Shown here: positions 56,815-64,000 of the stretch, piece by piece | Position numbering within the stretch: the stretch's first letter is position 1 | Layout: each line of letters begins with the position of its first letter | Assembly: GCA_040384285.1 (NCBI GenBank) | Contig: JAZKJN010000004.1 | Location: 28,810-92,809 of the forward strand | DNA length: 64,000 nucleotides | DNA from: Patescibacteria group bacterium | GTDB taxonomy: Bacteria; Patescibacteriota; Minisyncoccia; Phycocordibacterales; PALSA-1337 | Direction: 5' to 3' | The notes under the pieces: model-generated | Told to the model about the DNA's origin: nothing | Seen by the model: only the letters and a program-made list of their open reading frames with translations | Database searches by the model: none | Translations under genes and position numbers: made by a program

Positions 56815-58008
56815 TTAGTAATTCTTCAAACGATTGATCTTGTCATGCTGACGGATCTTTTCATGTGCCTTTGCTTCGATCTGTCTGATACGTTCTCGAG
56901 TCACACCAAACTCTTTACCCACTTCTTCAAGTGTGTGAGTGATGCCGTCGTTCAAACCATGTCGCATCTCAAGAATCTTTCTTTCTTTTTCAGAGAGATC
57001 GAAAAGAATTTCATTGACCTGATCGCGGAGAATTCTTCGTGAAGATTCCTGGTCAGGAGAAAGAATCTTGTCATCTGAAAGGAAGTCTCCGAGAGTGGAC
57101 TTTCCATCATCACTGTCATCTCCCACAGGAGACTCGAGAGATACCACGTCTTGGTCAATCTTTTCAATGTTGTAAACTTTTTCTACATCGAGCCCCATTT
57201 CTGTAGCGATCTCTTCTGGCAATGGATCTCGGCCGAGATCCTGAGTGAGACGTCGAACAACCTGCTTGTACTTCGCAATTGTTTCCACCATGTGTACTGG
57301 CACGCGAATAGTACGAGACTGGTCTGCGAGAGCACGAGTGATAGCCTGACGGATCCACCATGTGGCATAGGTAGAAAACTTGTATCCCTTTGTCCAGTCA
57401 AACTTATCAACCGCCTTGAAAAGACCAAGGTTTCCTTCCTGAATAAGGTCGAGGAGGGTAAGGTCAGGACTTCGTCCTACGTACTTCTTTGCAATAGAAA
57501 CTACGAGACGGAGGTTTGCACGGGCAAGAAGATTTTTTGCTTCCTTGTCCCCTGCCTGGATGCGTCGAGCAAGATCCTTTTCACTGGAAGCAGAGATGAG
57601 GGAATACTGTCCGATCTCTTTGAGATACATCTGGATAGAGTCGTACGAAGAGTCACTTCGTGATCCGTACGAATATTTCTTTGATGTGGGAGCAATCTCT
57701 GGCTCAACCTCAAGAAGTCCTCCTCCTTCGAGCACATCGATGCCTGCCGTCGAAAACTTTACGTACAATTCATCGAGAAAAACAATATCCTGCTCAATCG
57801 TAGGAAATTCTTTCAAAATCTCATCGAAGGTAACAAAACCTCGCTCACGTCCCTTGAGGATGAGTTTGTTTGCCTTGGTCTCAAACTCTTTGTTCTTTGT
57901 TTCTTTTACTGAAAGAGGTTTTTTTGACTTCGCTTTTGATTTTGGTTTTGTGGCTGGCTTCTTTTTGGGTGCGACCTTTTTCTTCGCAACCTTTTTTGTT
58001 TTTTTCAT
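56815..58008 (-). CDS. rpoD: RNA polymerase primary sigma factor
   Basis: [14 protein letters not shown] (region 2.4), full regions 1.2-4.2; Lys-rich N-terminus. Confidence 0.9.
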   Translation of the reverse strand: MKKTKKVAKKKVAPKKKPATKPKSKAKSKKPLSVKETKNKEFETKANKLILKGRERGFVTFDEILKEFPTIEQDIVFLDELYVKFSTAGIDVLEGGGLLEVEPEIAPTSKKYSYGSRSDSSYDSIQMYLKEIGQYSLISASSEKDLARRIQAGDKEAKNLLARANLRLVVSIAKKYVGRSPDLTLLDLIQEGNLGLFKAVDKFDWTKGYKFSTYATWWIRQAITRALADQSRTIRVPVHMVETIAKYKQVVRRLTQDLGRDPLPEEIATEMGLDVEKVYNIEKIDQDVVSLESPVGDDSDDGKSTLGDFLSDDKILSPDQESSRRILRDQVNEILFDLSEKERKILEMRHGLNDGITHTLEEVGKEFGVTRERIRQIEAKAHEKIRQHDKINRLKNY

Positions 58009-58036
58009 ATATAAAATTTATAAACGAATATGTAAT

Positions 58037-59806
58037 CTAAACCTTCCTATTCTGTGCAAGTTCTGAAAGTCTCTTTCCGATATCCTGACATTTTTGCATG
58101 AGTTCTCCTGCGCGCGACTCATCCTTGTTTCTTTCAGCGAGTGTGAGATCTGCCATAAGAAAGGAGAATTGCTTGCGAAGCACGTCTTCTTCGAAGTTCT
58201 GTATGAGTTCCTTCATTTCTTTTTCCACCGCACCCTTTGTATCGCCATGGAGTCCATGGGCAATCTCAACCTCAAGAAGAAGCTCATCCCGGAGTGGTTC
58301 GAATGTTTTCTTGAGATTCTCGTATTCGTCGCCGGCTATTGTGGTGATGGTAGCACGAAGGCTATCTGCATCAATGCCCGCGATCTGGTTTTTCTCTAGA
58401 TAATAAAGAAGTCCGAAAAGCTTGCGGGTGATGGAATCAAGACGAGAGATACGTGTTGCCACTTCCTCCTTTTTCTCAACTTCCTTCACAAGAAGACGCG
58501 CCGAAGCCTCCATATTCTTGAGGTCATCGACAATCGCCTCTTCCCGAAGTCCTGTCCGCTCTTTAATTATTCTTATATAGTGTGCTTTTTCCATGGCTCC
58601 AGAAAGAGGAGCTATAAATGGAAATACGTTGTCCCTCAGTGCCTTTGGCACATTACGTGGGTCAAGTTTTTTCGAAAGCACAGTATCAAGCTGAAATTCT
58701 ACCACAGGCTTGGATTTACGCAAGACATTCTTCCAAAGTTCCGGATCCTCCAGTATGAGGTCTGCGGGATCCTTGCCATCGGGCATATCTGCGATTTTAA
58801 CATCCATTCCAAGGCCCAAAGCGATCATGGCCGATCTCATAGCTGCATTTCGTCCTGCAGAGTCGGAATCAAAGGCAAGAATGATGTTATGTGATAACCG
58901 ACGGATAACACCGAGATTATTTACAGTGTTCTCTTTTGAGACCAAAGTATCTGCCAGAGCTGTTCCTGAAACTGCTACTGTATTTTTGACTCCTGCCTGA
59001 TGCGAAAGCACGAGATCCATCTGCCCTTCAACAAGGATAGAGTAATTTTTGATGCGAATATCTTGCTTTGCTTTGTCGATACCGTAGAGCACGGTTGATT
59101 TGTTATAGAGTGGTGTGTCAGGACTGTTGAGATACTTTGCGGACTTTCCATCGTCGACAAGTATGCGTCCAGAAAAGGCAATGATGCGACCACTTGAATC
59201 TCCTATGGGAAACATGATGCGTCCACGAAAACGATCGTAGTATCCTTTTCCTGGATCATCCGGCTTTTTGATAAGTCCCGCTTTTTCGATATCCTGATCA
59301 GAATATTTTTTCTCTTTGAGATGCGTGTAAAGCAATCGCCAATCAGCGGGAGCAAAGCCAACGCGGAAATTTTTTGCCGTTTCTTCTGTGATTCCTCTTC
59401 CCTTTACATAGTCCACTGCTTCTTGAGAATTTTTAAGCCTTTCTTCATAAAAAAGAGTTGCATCTTCCATGATGGCAAGTAGGCGATCTTTTTCTCCTTT
59501 GTGTTCTTGGGTTGCCCGATCAAACTCAAGAGGGATACCCGCACGCTCAGCAAGAAGCTTCAATGCTCCCATAAAGTCCAAGCCTTCAAATTGCTCTACG
59601 AAAGAAAAGATATCTCCCTTAGCATTGCACCCAAAGCAGTAGTAGCTTCCGCGGTCAGGAGATACAAAAAAAGAAGCGGTCTTTTCATTATGAAAAGGAC
59701 ATTTTCCTTTGAGATTTTTCCCCGCCTTTTCGAGCTTGATATATGAGGCAATAACTTCCTCAATACCCAGGCGCTCCTTGATTTTTTCCACATTAGACGA
59801 AGCCAT
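58037..59806 (-). CDS. dnaG: DNA primase
   Basis: CPFHNEKTASF...YCFGC zinc finger; TOPRIM; start at Met 59806; classic dnaG-rpoD operon. Confidence 0.9.
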   Translation of the reverse strand: MASSNVEKIKERLGIEEVIASYIKLEKAGKNLKGKCPFHNEKTASFFVSPDRGSYYCFGCNAKGDIFSFVEQFEGLDFMGALKLLAERAGIPLEFDRATQEHKGEKDRLLAIMEDATLFYEERLKNSQEAVDYVKGRGITEETAKNFRVGFAPADWRLLYTHLKEKKYSDQDIEKAGLIKKPDDPGKGYYDRFRGRIMFPIGDSSGRIIAFSGRILVDDGKSAKYLNSPDTPLYNKSTVLYGIDKAKQDIRIKNYSILVEGQMDLVLSHQAGVKNTVAVSGTALADTLVSKENTVNNLGVIRRLSHNIILAFDSDSAGRNAAMRSAMIALGLGMDVKIADMPDGKDPADLILEDPELWKNVLRKSKPVVEFQLDTVLSKKLDPRNVPKALRDNVFPFIAPLSGAMEKAHYIRIIKERTGLREEAIVDDLKNMEASARLLVKEVEKKEEVATRISRLDSITRKLFGLLYYLEKNQIAGIDADSLRATITTIAGDEYENLKKTFEPLRDELLLEVEIAHGLHGDTKGAVEKEMKELIQNFEEDVLRKQFSFLMADLTLAERNKDESRAGELMQKCQDIGKRLSELAQNRKV

Positions 59807-59951
59807 GAGAGGTATTATATATGATTGACAGGAAGAAAGCATTTGCGATAGGATAAGAGGACTAGAGGCTAAAGAAAAAGCCAACCGAGGTACCCTCCTT
59901 TACTGGATAGAGGGAAGCCGTGAAGCCCGCTGAAGAGCGGGCTTTGAAATT

Positions 59952-60335
59952 TTAGGGAAACAAAATCCTGACGAGAGAGTTTTTAATGAGGGCGAATTCA
60001 TATGTAGTAATTCTCCTGATACATCTGTGTAATCGCTTATTGCTTATAAGACGTGGCTGAGTAAGCAGGATGGAATTACTTTTTTGTTCCAGAAGGAAAT
60101 GATAGGGACTTATTTTATTTTTTGAAGTGAGAGGAACCACAAAACTTGTTTGGTTATTAAATTTTTGTACCACAAGGACAGGACGTGCAAAAAGCGTTCC
60201 TTTTCCATTTTCTTCAGATCCAATGTTCATGCCCAAAGAACACCACCAGATTTCTCGTTCCCTACAGAAAATGTGGGTTTTTCGACCTTGAATATATTTC
60301 TTTTGTTTATTCCATTTATCAAAATCGTCTTCCAT
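59952..60335 (-). CDS. MazF/PemK-family endoribonuclease toxin homolog, no adjacent antitoxin gene
   Basis: EIWWCSLGMNIGSEENGKGTLFARPVLVVQKFNNQTSFVVPLTSKNK and SILLTQPRLISNKRL align to the EndoA/Kid core blocks. Confidence 0.6.
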   Translation of the reverse strand: MEDDFDKWNKQKKYIQGRKTHIFCREREIWWCSLGMNIGSEENGKGTLFARPVLVVQKFNNQTSFVVPLTSKNKISPYHFLLEQKSNSILLTQPRLISNKRLHRCIRRITTYEFALIKNSLVRILFP

Positions 60336-60420
60336 TACTCCACTCTACCAAACTGAGATGAAGACAAAATAAAAAAGTTATGAAATTTTGATGAAGATTT
60401 TGAAAGGTGGGGATAAGAAG

Positions 60421-60459
60421 GGAATAAAAAACCAGCGGAACCGTGAGGAACCGCTGGGG
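60421..60459 (-). terminator. rho-independent terminator, near-identical to 46842-46882
   Basis: Reverse complement reads ccccagcggttcctcacggttccgctggttttttattccc. Confidence 0.6.
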
Positions 60460-60468
60460 TGAATCGAT

Positions 60469-60729
60469 TCACGGTGTCAGCAAAACGCTGACGCGCTTCA
60501 AGGCACCATCTTTATCGAGGATGATTTCTTCAGGACCTTCACCATACTCCGCATCTTTTGCGAAGAAGCCAAAGCCTTGATTTGGTCTCCATTCGATAGT
60601 CACGTACGTATCGCCCAAACACACATCAAGCCAGTGTCCGCTACTCTGTTTTGCTGGTTCATCGATATGGAGCTTTACTCTCGGAAACTGCTCTTTGATA
60701 CTTTCCACCAGTGATTCAAATTCGTTCAT
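60469..60729 (-). CDS. hypothetical protein (86 aa)
   Basis: ORF with own terminator. Confidence 0.4.
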   Translation of the reverse strand: MNEFESLVESIKEQFPRVKLHIDEPAKQSSGHWLDVCLGDTYVTIEWRPNQGFGFFAKDAEYGEGPEEIILDKDGALKRVSVLLTP

Positions 60730-60855
60730 ATAAAGCCTTTCACTTCAAGTTTACTAGCCATAATCAATACTATAGCTTTTTAATAGAAGTGCAATTGGGG
60801 TAATAAAAAATAGTGTGCAGTCTTTCAACCACACACTATTGTGAATTTCGAACAA

Positions 60856-61266
60856 CTATCGATGTTGCATGTAGAGAAACTCTTTGACGAGGTCCTCGAC
60901 TGTGACCGTGCCACGCTGAGCCAATTTTTTGATGGCATTAGTGACATCAGCTCCATCTTCGATGATAAGCGGACGGGTTTTGTGATACTTGCCAGCACCA
61001 CCAAATGCGAGCAGGCTTTTTTCAGGAATGCCCAAAATTTCCGAGTAGGCCTTTGCACGAACTGGGTCAAGTTTGCTTGTCTGACCCAACATCAGCCGGC
61101 TGATTGCAGCGACTTCAGAGTGCGCACTGCTTTTGGTTTTTCTGGCAACGATTTCGCCGAACTCGGCATAGGAGTTGTACCCCTTGTGTTTCAGAGCAGG
61201 GCCAACGAGATCTATGATGGTGTTGCCATTTCCCGATCCACCAAGAATTTCGATCTTGATTTTCAT
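60856..61266 (-). CDS. hypothetical protein with possible XRE-like HTH (136 aa)
   Basis: AISRLMLGQTSKLDPVRAKAYSEILGIPEKSLLAF; hairpin terminator at 60800-60845. Confidence 0.35.
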   Translation of the reverse strand: MKIKIEILGGSGNGNTIIDLVGPALKHKGYNSYAEFGEIVARKTKSSAHSEVAAISRLMLGQTSKLDPVRAKAYSEILGIPEKSLLAFGGAGKYHKTRPLIIEDGADVTNAIKKLAQRGTVTVEDLVKEFLYMQHR

Positions 61267-61485
61267 TTGTTTTCTTATATCTGATTGTTCACCGCAGTTG
61301 TGACTTCCTACTTATCCACTAACAAGTGGTAAGAAGTCAATTTCTACGATGAACTATGACCCTGACTATGTTTGTAAAGAGCTATCTAATTCATATTATT
61401 ATAGCATATATAAGACATATGTCAATAGCAAAAAACCCATATTTCTATGGGCCTTTTGTTGTATATATTCAATTATCTTTATTCC

Positions 61486-64000
61486 CTACTCAAACACCTC
61501 CTCGCCTTCCTGTGGCTGTACAGTAGCAATCATTTTCTGCTTTGGACTTCCTGCAAATCCTGATCCAGCTGGGATCAATCGTCCAATGATGACGTTTTCC
61601 ATGAGTCCTACGAGATCGTCTTCACTTCCTCGTACTGCACTGTTGATGAGTACTCGTGTAGTGTGCTGGAAGGAAGCTGCTGAGAGGAAGCTCTTTCGTG
61701 AGAGAGAAACTTCTGTGATTCCCATCACCGTCGGCTCTGCCTTTGCTCCGACAAGTCCTGCCTCCTTTGCCTTTGCGTTTTCCTCGAGAAGAGGAAGTTC
61801 GCCGACAATCATGCCTTCTGCAAGATTCGTATCTCCTGCACTGGTAACTTTTCGTCGTGAGAACATCTGCTTTACGATAATCTCAATGTGCTTTCGTGCC
61901 ACAGTTTCTCCCTGAAGCTCGTAGATCTTTCCGACTTCGCTGATAACATAGTCCTTTGCTTTCTCAGCTCCTCCGTTCTCAAAGACATCATCGATATCAG
62001 CAGAACCGTCGGTCAAAAGATCTCCTTTGTGAACCTTGTCACCTACCTTTACGAGAGCGACACGCTTGTAAGGGAAAAGATATTCTACTTCACTTGCCTT
62101 CTTGCCCTTTGCTCGATCTTCAACTTCTGGCATAACCTTGATAGATTTTTCCTTTCCGAGATCTTTCACTTCAGAAACAGTTCCTTCAACAGTAGCTACG
62201 ACTGCTGGATTCTTTGGTCGGCGCTTCTCAAAGATTTCTTCAACTCGAGGGAGACCTTGAGTGATGTCTCCACCAACAGACGCTGTACCTCCGGCGTGGA
62301 ATGTACGCATGGTAAGCTGTGTTCCTGGTTCTCCGATGGCCTGTCCCGCAACAGTTCCTACCGCTTCACCGAGGTCAACGAGCTTGCTCTTTCCGAGATC
62401 AACTCCGTAACACTGTGCACACACACCTCGCATACTCTTACATGAGAGTGGAGATCGTACGCGAACAGAAGAGACTCCTGCGTCTTCGATTGCAGATGAA
62501 TCCTGCTTTGTGAGAAGATGTCCTTTCTTGAAAAGTGTCTTACCCTTTTCGTCTGCAACATCTTCAGCAAGTACACGTCCTCGAATGTTTTTTGAAAGAG
62601 GAATACTGATACCTGAAGCTGTCTGCTTTTTGATGACGATAGATTCTTTTGTTCCGCAATCATCTTCATTGATCATCACATCCTGTGCTACCACGAAGAG
62701 TTTTCGAGTGAGGTATCCTGCCTTTGCGGTGTTAAGCGCTGTGTCAGTAAGTCCCTTTCGAGAACCGTGGGTTGTGATGAAGTATTCAATCGGAGTAAGT
62801 CCCTCCTTTGAACATGAGAGAATTGGGAATTCAATTGTATGTCCAGATCCTGAAGCGATGAGTCCCTTCATACCTGCCATCTGAGTGATCTGTGAATACG
62901 ATCCTCGAGCACCAGAGTTCACCATGTCGTAAACTGATCCCATCTTGTCGAGTGACCCTGGGATGAGCTTTTCTACATCGTTCTTTGCCTTGTGCCAGAT
63001 TTCGATATTCTTTCGAAGTCGCTCTTCGTCTGTGATGAGTCCTTCTGCAAACTGAGACATCACTTCTTCTGATTGTCCCTTTGCCTTTGAGATAACTTCT
63101 TTCTTTCCTTCTGGGATAACAACATCGTCGATTCCCCAAGTTGTACCTGAGTGTGTAGCGTATTTGAATCCAAATGATTTAATGCCGTCGAGGATCGCAG
63201 GAATCTGTTCGATACCGTGTGTAGTGATGAGGTCATCGATAATTGCTGAAAGTTTCTTTCGGTCAATTTCCTTGTTGATGAATGGGTAGTCTGCGGGGAG
63301 CATATCGTTAAAGAGGATACGTCCGACAGTTGTTTCGAAAAGTTTTCCTTCGTATTGCTTGTACTTTGCATCGTCTCGAGGAAGAACCTTTATCTTTGCT
63401 CGGTAGGTAATCTCTCCAAAGTTGTGCACGGTAAGAGCAGCTTCAGGGCTTTCAAAAATCTTTCCTTCTCCCTTGTCTCCTTCTACCTGCTTTGTCATCC
63501 AGAAACATCCAAGTACGATATCAAGAAGCTTTGCCACGACAGTAGGATCTCCGTTTCCAGGCTTCAAGATGTTTTTGTCTGACGCCATGATCTCCTTTGC
63601 TTCGAGCTGTGCCTCAACTCCAAGTGGAACGTGAACGGCCATCTGGTCTCCGTCGAAGTCAGCGTTGAAAGCTGTACATACGAGTGGGTGAACTTGGATA
63701 GCGTTTCCTTCAATCAAGGTTGGTCGGAATGCCTGAATACCAAGTCGGTGAAGTGTCGGTGCTCGGTTCAAAAGAACGTACTTACCTTTGATCACTTCTT
63801 CGAGAATTTCCCAAACTTCTTTCGATCCGTCATCAATAAGTCGTCCTGCACCTCGGATGTTGTATGCGAGTTCTCGCTTCAAAAGTCCTGAGATAACAAA
63901 TGGTCGGAAAAGTTCGAGGGCCATGTGCTTTGGAAGTCCACACTGGTCGAGTGCAAGTTCTGGTCCCACAACGATCACGGATCGTCCCGAGTAGTCTACT
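61486..64000 (-). CDS. rpoC: DNA-directed RNA polymerase subunit beta' (C-terminal ~840 aa; gene start beyond window end)
   Basis: [15 protein letters not shown] catalytic loop, trigger loop and bridge helix; the ORF runs off the 3' edge of the window. Confidence 0.95.
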   Translation of the reverse strand, partial: VDYSGRSVIVVGPELALDQCGLPKHMALELFRPFVISGLLKRELAYNIRGAGRLIDDGSKEVWEILEEVIKGKYVLLNRAPTLHRLGIQAFRPTLIEGNAIQVHPLVCTAFNADFDGDQMAVHVPLGVEAQLEAKEIMASDKNILKPGNGDPTVVAKLLDIVLGCFWMTKQVEGDKGEGKIFESPEAALTVHNFGEITYRAKIKVLPRDDAKYKQYEGKLFETTVGRILFNDMLPADYPFINKEIDRKKLSAIIDDLITTHGIEQIPAILDGIKSFGFKYATHSGTTWGIDDVVIPEGKKEVISKAKGQSEEVMSQFAEGLITDEERLRKNIEIWHKAKNDVEKLIPGSLDKMGSVYDMVNSGARGSYSQITQMAGMKGLIASGSGHTIEFPILSCSKEGLTPIEYFITTHGSRKGLTDTALNTAKAGYLTRKLFVVAQDVMINEDDCGTKESIVIKKQTASGISIPLSKNIRGRVLAEDVADEKGKTLFKKGHLLTKQDSSAIEDAGVSSVRVRSPLSCKSMRGVCAQCYGVDLGKSKLVDLGEAVGTVAGQAIGEPGTQLTMRTFHAGGTASVGGDITQGLPRVEEIFEKRRPKNPAVVATVEGTVSEVKDLGKEKSIKVMPEVEDRAKGKKASEVEYLFPYKRVALVKVGDKVHKGDLLTDGSADIDDVFENGGAEKAKDYVISEVGKIYELQGETVARKHIEIIVKQMFSRRKVTSAGDTNLAEGMIVGELPLLEENAKAKEAGLVGAKAEPTVMGITEVSLSRKSFLSAASFQHTTRVLINSAVRGSEDDLVGLMENVIIGRLIPAGSGFAGSPKQKMIATVQPQEGEEVFE

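Noticed and set aside
61349-62884. + strand ORFs inside rpoC
   Set aside because: They are antisense shadows of rpoC.
1-64000. CRISPR arrays, rRNA, integrase or transposase, reverse transcriptase (DGR), restriction-modification genes
   Set aside because: I saw no regularly spaced direct repeats, no rRNA-like conserved blocks, and no recombinase, RT or methyltransferase motifs in any frame.

Overview
This 64 kb window looks like part of a small, streamlined genome (roughly 45% GC by eye, standard code). Short versions of conserved proteins such as a 508-aa IF-2, plus pilin genes and an abundance of small hypothetical proteins, suggest a Patescibacteria/CPR-like organism; that placement is an inference. 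Two housekeeping blocks flank an accessory region. The left block (1-7 kb) carries mreB, murA, priA-def-fmt, hpf and tRNA-Asn. The right block (26.8-64 kb) carries a D-Ala-D-Ala carboxypeptidase (PBP5/6-like), pilin, rpmG, alr, tRNA-Tyr, clpB, a nifS-like gene, infB-rbfA, a cluster of tRNA-Cys/Leu/Lys/Leu, typA, truB, an ECF sigma factor, hisS, a ZIP transporter, dsbA, a UvrD-nuclease fusion, rpoD-dnaG and partial rpoC. The accessory region (about 8.2-26.3 kb) starts at tRNA-Asn. A 28-bp direct repeat of the tRNA 3' end brackets a 1.2 kb insert with a single ORF (7.0-8.3 kb). The following 18 kb is a chain of mostly single-gene units, each with its own TTGACA-type promoter and a stereotyped hairpin-GGCGG-T7-ATTTC terminator. 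These encode a YpfJ-like Zn peptidase, a transglutaminase-like Cys protease, a secreted S1 protease, an FN3/Ig surface protein, a TSP3-repeat secreted protein, a PadR-like repressor, DUF1697, a YdeI-like protein, pilin-like proteins and many hypotheticals. Two pairs of near-identical terminator-promoter-leader modules drive unrelated ORFs, which suggests a modular cassette architecture. Other points of interest are a candidate ~410-nt structured RNA between rbfA and tRNA-Cys, a PriA homolog with degenerate ATPase motifs, three poly-C (8-10 nt) tracts including one that frameshifts a pilin leader, an orphan MazF/PemK-like toxin, and a family of repeated terminator hairpins. No CRISPR array, rRNA, integrase or reverse transcriptase was seen.
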